Translations under genes and position numbers: made by a program | DNA from: an uncultured Desulfovibrionaceae bacterium | GTDB taxonomy: Bacteria; Desulfobacterota; Desulfovibrionia; Desulfovibrionales; Desulfovibrionaceae | NCBI GenBank assembly: GCA_964371965.1 | Contig: CAYJPE010000001.1 | Location: forward strand, 1-37,973 | Length of the DNA: 37,973 nucleotides | Reading direction: 5' to 3' | Shown here: positions 7,445 to 16,819 of the stretch, piece by piece | Layout: each line of letters begins with the position of its first letter | Position numbering within the stretch: position 1 is the stretch's first letter | The notes under the pieces: model-generated | What the model was told of the DNA's origin: nothing | Seen by the model: the letters and a program-made list of their open reading frames with translations, nothing else | The model's database searches: none

Positions 7445-10400
7445 ATGCCTGCATTCTGCGTGTACCGGGTTTTACCGTATGCAACAAGACTTGTATGCTT
7501 CCTTTGTTTCTTATTTATTTCAATAACAGTGGGGCTGTTTTCTTCAGTGGAAGCAGCAGAGCGAAATCTCGTCTATTTGACGGCAACAATCAAATACCGC
7601 CCGCTCACGAGCACCTCAGGAGTGACTATCTACTTTGAGCCGGATGAGGCTTTGTGTCGCAAAGAGTATGGTGCTGACTGGAAAGACAAGTGTGACGTGT
7701 GGCTTGGAGAGTCTGGTAGCGTTCCCAAAGGTTTGGAAGCGCACGACTGGCCTCACGGGCGATGGACCTGGAGTTCATCCAACAGCTTGCGCTTTGAACC
7801 TTCCGGCGAACCTGGCGGCATACCCGACATCACGGGGAAACTCACGCCGTCCGGTAGGTGGAAGAGTGCCACAGAATACACGGCCAATTTGCAAAATCTT
7901 GTACTTCCACCACGTGTGGAATTGCTCAACTTACAGACTTCCGTAGAGACTCTTCCACTGTGCACACGTTCTGGAACAGGTGAAATGTGGATTGATCCTT
8001 CCGACAAGGGTGAGCATGCCATTTCCTTTGCTTTGGAATTTACGGCACCTGTGGAAGCGCATCAGCGCACTCTTTTGGAAATTGTTACGCCAACAACAGA
8101 GAGCAAGGGGCTTGAGCTTGGCAAGAGCAAGTGGATTTGGCTCGACGACAATACACGCGCCATTGTGAATACACCTGTTTTGGCCTTGCCCAGCGAAGAA
8201 AGTATTGTCAAGCTGACACTGCCCCATATCCGTCCTTTGTGGGAAGATGATAGCTCATGGCGTATTCTTTCACACGATTCCGTGCACGAGTTAGTGGTCA
8301 AAGGTATGGACTCCCTTTTCGGTCTGCAATCCGTTTCCCTTGAGCAAGTCCAAAATAAATCCTTGCAAATGGAACAGCACCTCGTCTTTCTCTTCTCGCG
8401 TCGCGTCACGCCGGAGTCTTTGCGTGCAGCCTTGACGGTGCTGGAATTGCCTGAAAATAGAAGCTCGGAAAATATTTTACCCAGCGACTGGCGCCACGGT
8501 AATGTGGCTCCAGATGACATGAAAAAAGCGCGTACTCTCGTACCGCAATTGGTCTCTGTGCCTGGCGAACCTGAAGATTATATTCGCTTTCGCCTTGATG
8601 CCACCCCTGGACGTTACATCATGTGGAATATTGCCGCAGGCTTTGGCCCCATGGATAATTCCGGCAAAAAATCCGCCTTACAACGCAGTCTTGAAGGTGT
8701 GGAGTATGTGGCGCAGGGCAGTGCACGTATTGAGCTTTTGCAAGCAGGCAATGTGCTTATGGTGAAGGATCAGGCACGTCTGCCCATTTTGAGCGAACAC
8801 GTTGACAGCATCCGCTGGAAAGCACATCGTTTTAGAGACGAAAATCTCTCTTTACCATTTATCAACTCTCTCAATGATACTTACATTGCGGATTATGACC
8901 TTGATGCTTCTACGGTCGTGAATGAAGGGGAACTGCGCGTAACACCCAATGTAAAGAGTGGTGGTGCAGAGACAATATATACCAGTACACCCGCAGTCAC
9001 ATCGTTGTTGGCCAATTCTGTCTTTACAAAGGGCGGAAAGGACATCGCCCCCGGCGTCGTCTACCTTTCCCTTGAAGGTATAAGGGATGGCGAAGTGGTG
9101 GCAAGCGCCGGTCGCGTACTCATGTACTCTAATCTTGGCCTCGTGGTAAAAACCCTGCCCGACGGCAGCCGCAATGTTTTTGTGTGCACATTGGATGATG
9201 CCAAAGCAAAAAAAGGTGTTGATATTCAAGTGCTTGGAATGAATGGCGTGCCTGTGGCCGAAGCGAAAACAGACAGTGCAGGCATGGCTGTTTTACCGTC
9301 TTTGTCCCATTTGACACGGGAAAAAACACCCGTCGCCATTGTTGCCTCCTACAGTTGGTGGGGAGATACAGATAAAATTTGGATGTCTCTCACCGACAGA
9401 GAGCGCACCACAAACATGGGCTCTTTTGCCGATATACAAGGGCAGCAGCGCAGTGAATCTACGCTCAATGCCTTTGTTTTTGCCGAACGAGGCATGTTCC
9501 GCCCGGGCGAAACCCTCAACTTTGGCACGCTTTTGCGTAATAATGACTGGTCATTGTTACCACCCAATATGCCCCTTGTGGCGAATCTCTACGATCCCAT
9601 GGATCGTCAGGTGCTCAAAAAGCCCTTTGTGGCAGGCACAGGTGTGCATAGCTTCTCGTGGGAAGCACCGGAACACGCCATGACGGGGCGTTATCGCCTC
9701 ACCATCAGCACACCTGCGGCCTTATCGGCCTATGGTGACGGTGGTCTTGTGCTTGGTTCTACCACCGTGCGTGTGGAAATGTTCTTACCAGACACATTGA
9801 AGATTAAAACATCTTTGGAATATGTGGCTGAAGGTGCCACAAGTGCCGATGCCGTCCTTGTACCGGAAGCAGGCAAGGGCTGGCTTGTCATGCCCGAATC
9901 GGGAAGCGGCATAAAGACCATGTTGCGCACTCGCCTTGACAATTTGTACGGGCAAGCAGCGCAAGGGCGTCGTGTGGAAGCGAGCATGCGTCTTTCTCCT
10001 GCATACTTGCACTTTAAAGGTTTTGAAAATTATCAATTCCAAGATCTTTCGTCCTTCTTCGCCGGTGGCATGGATGCCGTTACCCGTCCCTTGGGCGAAG
10101 GTATCACCAATGACGCAGGCGAAGCTGTGTTGCCCCTTGACCTTGCCCAATGGCGCTTTGGTACTCTTCAGTGCACCATTGCCACCCAAGGCTTTGAGCC
10201 GGACGGCGGACGTTCCGTGGCAGAAGAACGTAACTTCCTTGTATCTCCATTGACTTATATGTTAGGATACAAGCAAGGCGATGATGTCAATAATATGCAC
10301 TTTATTGACAAGGGCAGCGTGGCGCATGTGGATTTTGTGACCATTGACGGAGCTTTGCAGCCCACCAATCCCGGCAGCTTAACCTTCACGCTTTCGCGAA

Positions 10401-13360
10401 GAGATGAAGTGATTTCCCTCGTCACCAATGCACAAGGGGAATATATTTATGAAGAAAACCCTGTAGAAACAGAACTTTCCCAAAGTGTACAACAGCTTTC
10501 TCAAGACGGCACCTTGCATTGGGCCTTGCCCACGCAAGATGTGGGAGACTTTTTATTGACAGTGAAAGCAGGCAAGGGTGCGGTGCACGAAGGCGTTGTC
10601 TTGGCGCGTATTCCCTTTTCCATTGCGGGGACGGATGATGCGCGTCCTGCTTTGCAAGGCTTGTACAGCCTTCCTTCTGCCACCTTACGTATAAAAACAG
10701 ACAAGACCGCTTATACCGGCGGTGATAAAGCAAAAGTCCTTTTGACTTCACCCTATGACGGTGTGGCGCTCATAAGTCTTGAGCGTGATTCTGTGGCGGC
10801 TCATACGTGGGTGCGCGTACCTGTGGGGCAAAGTGTTCATGAATTACAAATACCCAAGGACTTTGCCGGTCGTGGTTATATCAGCGTCCTTATGGGCAGA
10901 GCGCCCCATTCCAATGCCATATTCATGCAACCGCAAAGTGTGGCCTTAGCCTCTGTGAGTGTGAACAGCGCCACACGCCAGTTAACATTGACCATGGATG
11001 TGCCCGAAACGGTGCGTCCCGGCGAAGCTCTCCGCTGGAATGTCAAAAGTGCGGACGGCAAGCCCATGCAAGCCATACTCTTTGCGGTGGATGAAGGCAT
11101 TTTGCAATTAACGCGTTTCAGAACACCTAATCCCTTGCAATACCTCTTGTTGGACCGTGCGTTGGAAGTGGAAACATCGCAGCTCTTTGATGTCATGATG
11201 GCAGACGATGCCATGCTCTTGCGTCGAATCTCTGCCTTTGGTGGTGATGGTAGCGCGGCTGATTTGAGTGCTATGCTGGGATCTTTCCAAAATCCCTTTA
11301 AGCGAAGCCTTGAGACGCCTATGGTTTGGTGGGGTGGTGTGATGGAGATTGGCGCCGACGGCATTACCGTGGACGTGCCTGTTCCAGACCACTACAATGG
11401 CAAGGTGCGGCTTATGGTTGTGGGCAATCAAAGCACCACCGTGGGCAGTGCTCAAGAAAATGTCTTTGTACGCGGCGAGCTTGTGTTGGTTCCGCAATTG
11501 CCAAGCATGGCAGCTCTTGGCGACAGCTTTGAAGCTGGCCTTGGCATAAGCAATACCACGGATAAAGAAGTGACCCTTCTTCTCAGTGCGGCGCCTACAA
11601 AAACGGCAGAAGTGACCGACCTGCAGCTTGCCGGTTTGCCACCCTCCATTACGCTTGGACCCAAGCAAGAAAAACTCGTACCTTTGACAGTACGTGTGGG
11701 TAAGCAGGCGGGGAATGCGGAGCTGCTCTTTACGGCAAGCACACAAGACGGTTCCTTGAGCCAAAAGCGTACGGCGTCTATGAGTGTGCGTCCGGGACAA
11801 TTGCCACGACAAACGCAACAGGCGTTCATGTTGACGCAGAATGCAAATCTTTCTGTTCAACGTCAACTCTTGCCTTTGCAAGAAAAGCAGGATGTGCACA
11901 CATCCTTGAGTCTTTCTACGACACCCATGCCTTTGTTGCGTTCGGTGCTTGCGTACCTGCATAACTATCCTTATGACTGCGTCGAGCAATCCATAAGCAA
12001 GGCCTTTCCTTTGTCATTGCTTGTGACCATGCCGCAATTTGCGACCATGATAACACAGCAAACGGGTCTTATGACTGATAAGGACATGGAAAAAACCTTG
12101 AAGCAAGCTCATGATGCCATGGTTGGCGCCTATCGTCGTTATGATGGCATGAGTATTTGGGTGGATAGTGATGCGAGCACGCTTTTCTTAACAGCCTATG
12201 CGGCGGACTATATCCTTGCCATGCGTGAGGCAAATATTCCCTTACCTCCGGGTCTTGTGCCACAATTGTTCAACACGCTTGAGAATTCTGTCAACAATCG
12301 TCCGGACTCCTTATATGAATTGCGTGACATGGCCTATGCCGCATGGGTGTTGGCAAGAGCAGGTTATGTGGTGAGCAGGCCTTTAGAATTGTGCGAATCC
12401 TTTTTGCGCGACGAACCACAAGGCAGCGATATTTTCCGCAGTCTTATGGCGGGTGCTTATGCGACACTGCATATGCAGGATGAGGCAAGAGAGCATTTGA
12501 ATTATGTGCTGGATACCCAACCTGCGGAGTGGGAGAGCGACGGTCATGACCTTGACTTGCTGTCACAATATGGCTTGCATACGGTTATTCTGGCTCGTCA
12601 CTTCCCCAAATACTTCTCGGAGGCCATGCCTTTCTTGCAAGAGGCCATGCTTGAAGAACTCAATAAACATCATGCAACCCTTGGGGCGGCTATGGCGGCC
12701 AGAGGGCTTTTGGAAGTGTTGAAAGTGACACCGCAAACGCTGGAAATGGCTACACCCGATATCCAGTGCAAGAACTATGGCGAGGGCTTTGCTCCGGCGT
12801 CGGCACCCATGGTAGAAGTACTATCGGGTATTTCCGTGCTCCATGCCCCCGGCTGCACAAACTTCGTTGTGCAAGTACCTCAAGGACAAAAGTTCTTTGC
12901 GGAAATTGACACCTATGGTTACGATCTTTATCCGCCCACACAGCCCGTGAAGCGTGATTTGCAAGTGCAAAAACGCTGGTCCATTGTGGGTAAGGACGGT
13001 GCCATGATTCCCTTTACGGGCACTGTGTCTCAAGGGGATATTGTGCGCGTGGATGTGGACGTGGAATTGCTCTATTCCGGCAATGTGGACGTGGCTGTGG
13101 TGGATTTGCTGCCCGGCGGCTTTGAGCTTGTGTCGGAATATGCCGGAGACACATATCCGAGCAGTGATATTCGTCTTGATCGACGCGAAGATCGCTTTAT
13201 TGCCTACATTACGGCTTCGGACTATGAGACAACACTGACATATCATATCCGTGCCATCACGAAGGGTGAATATACCTTGCCTGCTGCCCAGGCAGAAGGA
13301 CTCTTTGATACGAGCGTTGAGGCAAGTTCCTCGCGTAATCGTGTGAAGGTTGTGAAGTAG
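7445..13360 (+). CDS. Bacterial alpha-2-macroglobulin family protein, thioester-containing, 1971 aa
   Basis: Huge beta-rich multidomain ORF. The CxEQ thioester motif is YPYDCVEQS (CVEQ = nt 11978-11989, aa 1512-1515). N-terminal hydrophobic signal ends ...SSVEA/AE. AGGAG lies 7 nt upstream. Confidence 0.88.
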   Translation: MPAFCVYRVLPYATRLVCFLCFLFISITVGLFSSVEAAERNLVYLTATIKYRPLTSTSGVTIYFEPDEALCRKEYGADWKDKCDVWLGESGSVPKGLEAHDWPHGRWTWSSSNSLRFEPSGEPGGIPDITGKLTPSGRWKSATEYTANLQNLVLPPRVELLNLQTSVETLPLCTRSGTGEMWIDPSDKGEHAISFALEFTAPVEAHQRTLLEIVTPTTESKGLELGKSKWIWLDDNTRAIVNTPVLALPSEESIVKLTLPHIRPLWEDDSSWRILSHDSVHELVVKGMDSLFGLQSVSLEQVQNKSLQMEQHLVFLFSRRVTPESLRAALTVLELPENRSSENILPSDWRHGNVAPDDMKKARTLVPQLVSVPGEPEDYIRFRLDATPGRYIMWNIAAGFGPMDNSGKKSALQRSLEGVEYVAQGSARIELLQAGNVLMVKDQARLPILSEHVDSIRWKAHRFRDENLSLPFINSLNDTYIADYDLDASTVVNEGELRVTPNVKSGGAETIYTSTPAVTSLLANSVFTKGGKDIAPGVVYLSLEGIRDGEVVASAGRVLMYSNLGLVVKTLPDGSRNVFVCTLDDAKAKKGVDIQVLGMNGVPVAEAKTDSAGMAVLPSLSHLTREKTPVAIVASYSWWGDTDKIWMSLTDRERTTNMGSFADIQGQQRSESTLNAFVFAERGMFRPGETLNFGTLLRNNDWSLLPPNMPLVANLYDPMDRQVLKKPFVAGTGVHSFSWEAPEHAMTGRYRLTISTPAALSAYGDGGLVLGSTTVRVEMFLPDTLKIKTSLEYVAEGATSADAVLVPEAGKGWLVMPESGSGIKTMLRTRLDNLYGQAAQGRRVEASMRLSPAYLHFKGFENYQFQDLSSFFAGGMDAVTRPLGEGITNDAGEAVLPLDLAQWRFGTLQCTIATQGFEPDGGRSVAEERNFLVSPLTYMLGYKQGDDVNNMHFIDKGSVAHVDFVTIDGALQPTNPGSLTFTLSRRDEVISLVTNAQGEYIYEENPVETELSQSVQQLSQDGTLHWALPTQDVGDFLLTVKAGKGAVHEGVVLARIPFSIAGTDDARPALQGLYSLPSATLRIKTDKTAYTGGDKAKVLLTSPYDGVALISLERDSVAAHTWVRVPVGQSVHELQIPKDFAGRGYISVLMGRAPHSNAIFMQPQSVALASVSVNSATRQLTLTMDVPETVRPGEALRWNVKSADGKPMQAILFAVDEGILQLTRFRTPNPLQYLLLDRALEVETSQLFDVMMADDAMLLRRISAFGGDGSAADLSAMLGSFQNPFKRSLETPMVWWGGVMEIGADGITVDVPVPDHYNGKVRLMVVGNQSTTVGSAQENVFVRGELVLVPQLPSMAALGDSFEAGLGISNTTDKEVTLLLSAAPTKTAEVTDLQLAGLPPSITLGPKQEKLVPLTVRVGKQAGNAELLFTASTQDGSLSQKRTASMSVRPGQLPRQTQQAFMLTQNANLSVQRQLLPLQEKQDVHTSLSLSTTPMPLLRSVLAYLHNYPYDCVEQSISKAFPLSLLVTMPQFATMITQQTGLMTDKDMEKTLKQAHDAMVGAYRRYDGMSIWVDSDASTLFLTAYAADYILAMREANIPLPPGLVPQLFNTLENSVNNRPDSLYELRDMAYAAWVLARAGYVVSRPLELCESFLRDEPQGSDIFRSLMAGAYATLHMQDEAREHLNYVLDTQPAEWESDGHDLDLLSQYGLHTVILARHFPKYFSEAMPFLQEAMLEELNKHHATLGAAMAARGLLEVLKVTPQTLEMATPDIQCKNYGEGFAPASAPMVEVLSGISVLHAPGCTNFVVQVPQGQKFFAEIDTYGYDLYPPTQPVKRDLQVQKRWSIVGKDGAMIPFTGTVSQGDIVRVDVDVELLYSGNVDVAVVDLLPGGFELVSEYAGDTYPSSDIRLDRREDRFIAYITASDYETTLTYHIRAITKGEYTLPAAQAEGLFDTSVEASSSRNRVKVVK

Positions 13361-13361
13361 T

Positions 13362-13460
13362 AGCGTGTTTTGTCTATATGTGTGTTTTTGAAAAGCATGT
13401 GGGGGGCGTGTGCCCTTTAGGGTGAAACTTTTTTTGGGAAAAAAAGTTTCCCCCCACACC
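13362..13460 (+). repeat. Repeat family D copy 1, ending in a long hairpin
   Basis: 13362-13438 is homologous to the reverse complement of 23267-23346. The perfect 12-bp stem GAAACTTTTTTT (13424-13435) / AAAAAAAGTTTC (13439-13450) has loop GGG. An outer stem GTGGGGGG (13399-13406) / CCCCCCAC (13450-13457) encloses it. Confidence 0.6.
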
Positions 13461-13540
13461 ATCGCTGCTCTCGATGCCTGTACGCCTCGACCCTCGGCTA
13501 CGGTCACGCCTGCGGCGCATTTGGTCGGCCTCTTCAAAAA
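13461..13540 (+). repeat. Fragment homologous to the internal module of repeat family A
   Basis: GCTCTCGATGCCTGTACGCCTCGACCCTCGGCTACGG...TTTGGTCGG aligns by eye with 15965-16050 (GCTCTCGATAGCCGTAACACTCG...CTTTGGGTCGG). Confidence 0.4.
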
Positions 13541-13664
13541 AAACAATAGTTCCAAAAGAAGGAAGTATTGTGTGGCGCATGGCAACACGCATAGAATGCA
13601 ATCATAGCTTTTAGAGTAGACAAGGTAGTAGGCGTTTTCTGTACTCATATCCAACTCTAAACAT

Positions 13665-13699
13665 AAAAACGGGAGAATTTTGTATTCTCCCGTTTTTTT
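13665..13699. terminator. Bidirectional rho-independent terminator between convergent A2M gene and selB
   Basis: A5 (13665-13669), stem CGGGAGAAT (13670-13678) / ATTCTCCCG (13684-13692), loop TTTGT, then T7 (13693-13699). Confidence 0.8.
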
Positions 13700-13883
13700 G
13701 TGATGCATAGACCAGTTACCCTTGGAATCACAGATTCAATAGAAAAATATAGAAATCTACTCTTATGTAATTTTTTGAAAAGAGGAGGAATGAAAGCATT
13801 TTGAGAGGATGGGGGGAGTTTGAGGGGGAAGGGGAAGCTTTTGGGTTTTGGCACCTGTCCCTTCCTCAGGGGAAAGTTCCCCT

Positions 13884-15839
13884 TTATCTGTTACGGCCTC
13901 TATCTCTCCACTGGCGTTTGTCACCCACGCGTAAAGTGAAACGCTCCCTGTCCAAATATTCTAGTAAGGCAATAAGGTATTTACGTGAAATTCCATCTAA
14001 AATTTCCTTCAAACCCGCCGGATCAAGATCGTCGTGTACATCGAACCATTGTCGAACCTTATGACAAATATCATCTATAACAGGTGCGGCATAATAAAGA
14101 GTATCTTTCACTTTGACGAGTTTCTTTTTTTCCACAAGTATCTTCAGAACAGGCGCCGCGCCTTTTGCATCAACATGTAAAGTGTCAAGCACATCTTTGA
14201 GATTTGGCGGCGTGAGACCTGCTTGTTCGTAGATGTGTAACAAGTCGCTTTGTAATTGGCTTTCGTCACTTGTAAGTGTCACACTGTGATTGGCAAGGCG
14301 CAAGGTCTCACCCTCCGGCACAAGGTTACCAGTGCGTACACAACGCTCTATGACAAGGTGCGCCAACTTGGCTTTTTGTTCAGGGCACAAGACGCCGCGC
14401 GACATGCCTGCCTTGAGTGGGTCGCGGGCATGAAAAGCGGCCGCTTGCGCAAGACACAGTTCCATAAGCGTGGCAAGGCAGTCGCCATGAATCCAATATT
14501 TTTCTTCTTTGTCAAAGCACACAGCTTGGCCTTTGCCGGCAAGTTGTTGTAAGGATTTTTCAAGTTTTTTTGCATGGGCATTGGTCAGTACCATAAGTTC
14601 GGCAAAGCTTGCGCCGCCTACTCCCGCAAGTAAAAGGTGGTCGTGGCACAGTTGCCAAAGGGCTTCAGCCTTGCCAGATTGGGCTTCATGCGCATCGACA
14701 CGGTCTTTTAATGTAGAAAGAAGAGTAAAATGTTGATCAAAAAGCGCATCTTTGCGGCGCAACGTCATGCCCAGCGGGTGTACAAGCGTACCACCTGCCA
14801 CCGTGCGCAAAGGAGAATAGGCACGCACAACGCAATAGTCTCCCCATACGCCCACCAGCGGCTCAGTAAAACGTACTTCCGTAAGGGTACGTTCTCCCGG
14901 CTGCAAGCGGTCGCGGTCAAAGAAGTAGAGTCGGGCAGCCACTTCACGGGCGCCGTGGTGAAAGTGTACCTCCGTACGCGCCTTGAGAGCCCGTGGCGCA
15001 GAGGGTAAGCATTGGAGCATGACAAACCAGCGTAATGCAGGAAAGAGCGTGTCCTTATGGGCAAGAACGGCACCGCGCTGTACCGAGGCCACGTCCACAT
15101 GTTGCACATTCACGGCGCAGCGCTGTCCTGCACCTGCGCTTTCTGCGCTGGCACTATGCCACTGTAAGCCACGCACACGCGTCGCTATGCTGTCCGGCAT
15201 AAAGTGCGCTTCATCACCGACGCGCACATTTCCCGCAATGACGGTGCCTGTCACCACGGTACCATGACCCTTCATGGTAAAAATACGATCCACAGGCAGG
15301 CGAAATATGCTGCTCTCACGATGGGGTACAAGGTGTGCGGCGGTGGAAAAAATATGTGCCCGAACTGCCTCAAGACCCTGTCCCGTGGTTGACGATACGG
15401 GCAAAATGGGAGCTTGTTCAAAGAACGTGCCTTGTAAGAAATCGCGCACATCTTCCGTTACAAGTTCAATCCATGCCTCATCCACCATGTCTATTTTTGT
15501 TAAAGCCACAAAACCATGACGGATACCAAGTAAGGAGCATATTTCTAAGTGCTCGCGCGTTTGCGGCATGACGCCTTCGTCTGCCGCAATGACGAGCATA
15601 ACAAAGTCAATGCCAGCGGCTCCGGCTACCATATTTTTGACAAAACGCTCATGACCCGGAACGTCCACAATGCCAAGTCTTTCGCCATTGGGCATGAGGC
15701 AATGGGCAAAACCCAATTCAATGGTGATACCACGGCGCTTTTCCTCTTCAAGTCGGTCACAGTCAATGCCCGTGAGTGCTCGTACAAGGGATGTTTTTCC
15801 GTGATCAATATGTCCTGCTGAACCTAAAACCAGTGGCAT
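13884..15839 (-). CDS. selB: Selenocysteine-specific translation elongation factor SelB
   Basis: G-domain motifs [16 protein letters not shown] and TKID, followed by a long winged-helix C-terminal extension. Overall length is 651 aa. Confidence 0.92.
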   Translation of the reverse strand: MPLVLGSAGHIDHGKTSLVRALTGIDCDRLEEEKRRGITIELGFAHCLMPNGERLGIVDVPGHERFVKNMVAGAAGIDFVMLVIAADEGVMPQTREHLEICSLLGIRHGFVALTKIDMVDEAWIELVTEDVRDFLQGTFFEQAPILPVSSTTGQGLEAVRAHIFSTAAHLVPHRESSIFRLPVDRIFTMKGHGTVVTGTVIAGNVRVGDEAHFMPDSIATRVRGLQWHSASAESAGAGQRCAVNVQHVDVASVQRGAVLAHKDTLFPALRWFVMLQCLPSAPRALKARTEVHFHHGAREVAARLYFFDRDRLQPGERTLTEVRFTEPLVGVWGDYCVVRAYSPLRTVAGGTLVHPLGMTLRRKDALFDQHFTLLSTLKDRVDAHEAQSGKAEALWQLCHDHLLLAGVGGASFAELMVLTNAHAKKLEKSLQQLAGKGQAVCFDKEEKYWIHGDCLATLMELCLAQAAAFHARDPLKAGMSRGVLCPEQKAKLAHLVIERCVRTGNLVPEGETLRLANHSVTLTSDESQLQSDLLHIYEQAGLTPPNLKDVLDTLHVDAKGAAPVLKILVEKKKLVKVKDTLYYAAPVIDDICHKVRQWFDVHDDLDPAGLKEILDGISRKYLIALLEYLDRERFTLRVGDKRQWRDRGRNR

Positions 15840-15891
15840 GGTAGTCCCCTATCTCTTTGGTATCCGTGTCCCCTACATCAGCGCCTAACAG

Positions 15892-16127
15892 TCCGTTGAA
15901 AAAATGCACTCTGCGGCGTCCCCTCTGGAGCGAGGATAAAAATCAAAGCGCTTATGTTATGTCTGAAACGCGTTGCTCTCGATAGCCGTAACACTCGTTC
16001 CTCGTGTAACGGCTACGCCTTCGGCGCCCTTTGGGTCGGTTCGCGCGCCTTGACTTTTTCGCTTCCTTGCAACCTTTGTAGATCGGCACTTTTTGAACGG
16101 ACTGTCAAAAATGGAGTTTTTCAACAG
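15892..16127 (+). mobile_element. MITE-like element, family A, full-length copy (236 bp)
   Basis: Termini TCCGTTGAAAAA...TTTTTCAACAG. Internal hairpin AGCCGTAACAC...GTGTAACGGCT. Homologous to 3500-3645, 17351-17537, 18681-18892 and 22967-23408. The ORF 15954-16421 that runs through it is judged spurious. Confidence 0.7.
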
Positions 16128-16142
16128 CCTGCTAGCAGGTTG

Positions 16143-16427
16143 TTAGTCATAGTAGCCGCCACCATCGTCACTACGATAATCGTAGCGTCCGTCATCGGTG
16201 CCGTCCTCGTCGCGATCATCTTGCGTGTTGCGATTTTTCTTGTCTGTATCTTCGGGGGCTTGAGAGGGGTCTGTCAGAGATTCATCTTGAGTTTGGCTTG
16301 CGGCCACAAGTGTTGCTGGGAGTGTATCGCCCTGCGCTTGTGCGTTGGCAACGTACAAAGACATAAAGTTTGTGACAAAAACACACAAAAGGCACATTAC
16401 TGTGAATCGGAATTGGCGTAATTTCAT
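16143..16427 (-). CDS. Small secreted, highly acidic Asp/Tyr-rich protein (94-aa precursor)
   Basis: GGAG lies 7 nt upstream of ATG 16427. Signal peptide is MKLRQFRFTVMCLLCVFVTNFMSLYVANAQA. I count 15 Asp and 3 Glu in the ~63-aa mature part, which ends DGRYDYRSDDGGGYYD. Confidence 0.5.
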   Translation of the reverse strand: MKLRQFRFTVMCLLCVFVTNFMSLYVANAQAQGDTLPATLVAASQTQDESLTDPSQAPEDTDKKNRNTQDDRDEDGTDDGRYDYRSDDGGGYYD

Positions 16428-16819
16428 ACATTTTCTCCATAGTCTATGAGTTTTTATCCACAAGTGTGGACTGTTAGTGGGAGCACTGACTTCTTGTTTT
16501 TTGACCTTGCTATTGCAGCAACGTAAAGCACGCAGGGGTGGCATGTACAATGTGCCTTCTTTGTCGCAAGGACACACATTGGCTGTCAGCGCTTTCATGT
16601 ACGGTGTGCTTGTATTCCCCTGCTGAAGAGGTGTAGGCGATGATCGTTTTTCGGCGCTATGCCCCTTAACTTCTTTTTCCGATATACATATGAGGCGAAT
16701 AATGTCAACAATCGTGAGGATAAAATTTCCCGCCAATACCGATTCTTTGCGCTGTACTTTTGTTACATTGTGAGGTACGATAGTCAATGTATGTGTATTG
16801 CGATTTGCAAGGAGCCTTT

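Noticed and set aside
11108-13708. Long antisense ORFs inside or overlapping large genes: 11108-11989 (minus, 293 aa) and 12821-13708 (minus, 295 aa) against the A2M gene. Similar cases are 32656-33387 (plus, 243 aa) inside tssM and 8062-8520 (minus).
   Set aside because: Their composition is Arg/Cys/His-rich and low complexity, typical of the reverse frame of a real gene. There are no motifs or RBS, and the sense-strand genes have strong family signatures.
13805-13840. Canonical G-quadruplex motif in GGGGGGAGTTTGAGGGGGAAGGGGAAGCTTTTGGG.
   Set aside because: Only three G-runs are spaced by loops of 7 nt or less. The fourth needs an 8-nt loop, so the strict G3+N1-7 pattern is not met. I mention it only as G-rich low complexity.
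13540-13883. Search for tRNA-Sec (selC) or another tRNA downstream of selB. T-loop-like strings GTTCAAATCC (37265-37274) and GAGTTCGAATTTC (28824-28836) were also checked.
   Set aside because: No cloverleaf can be drawn. The flanking acceptor and anticodon stems are absent, and the two T-loop-like strings lie inside well-supported coding sequence (the tssJ/tssK junction and the HK gene).
15954-16421. 155-aa plus-strand ORF. A similar 170-aa ORF lies at 18334-18846 (minus) and a 72-aa ORF at 55-273. All contain peptides such as FERTVKNGVFQQP or SRNTRSSCNGYAFGALWV.
   Set aside because: These run through repeat families A and B. The peptide similarity between copies follows nucleotide similarity, with many non-synonymous and frame-incompatible changes. 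There is no RBS, and they overlap better-supported genes. I treat them as spurious ORFs in non-coding repeats.
16143-16787. The full 214-aa minus-strand ORF from the track.
   Set aside because: Only the last 94 codons follow a Shine-Dalgarno sequence and begin with a signal peptide. The upstream 120 codons have no recognisable features and would overlap the hemerythrin promoter region. I kept only 16143-16427.
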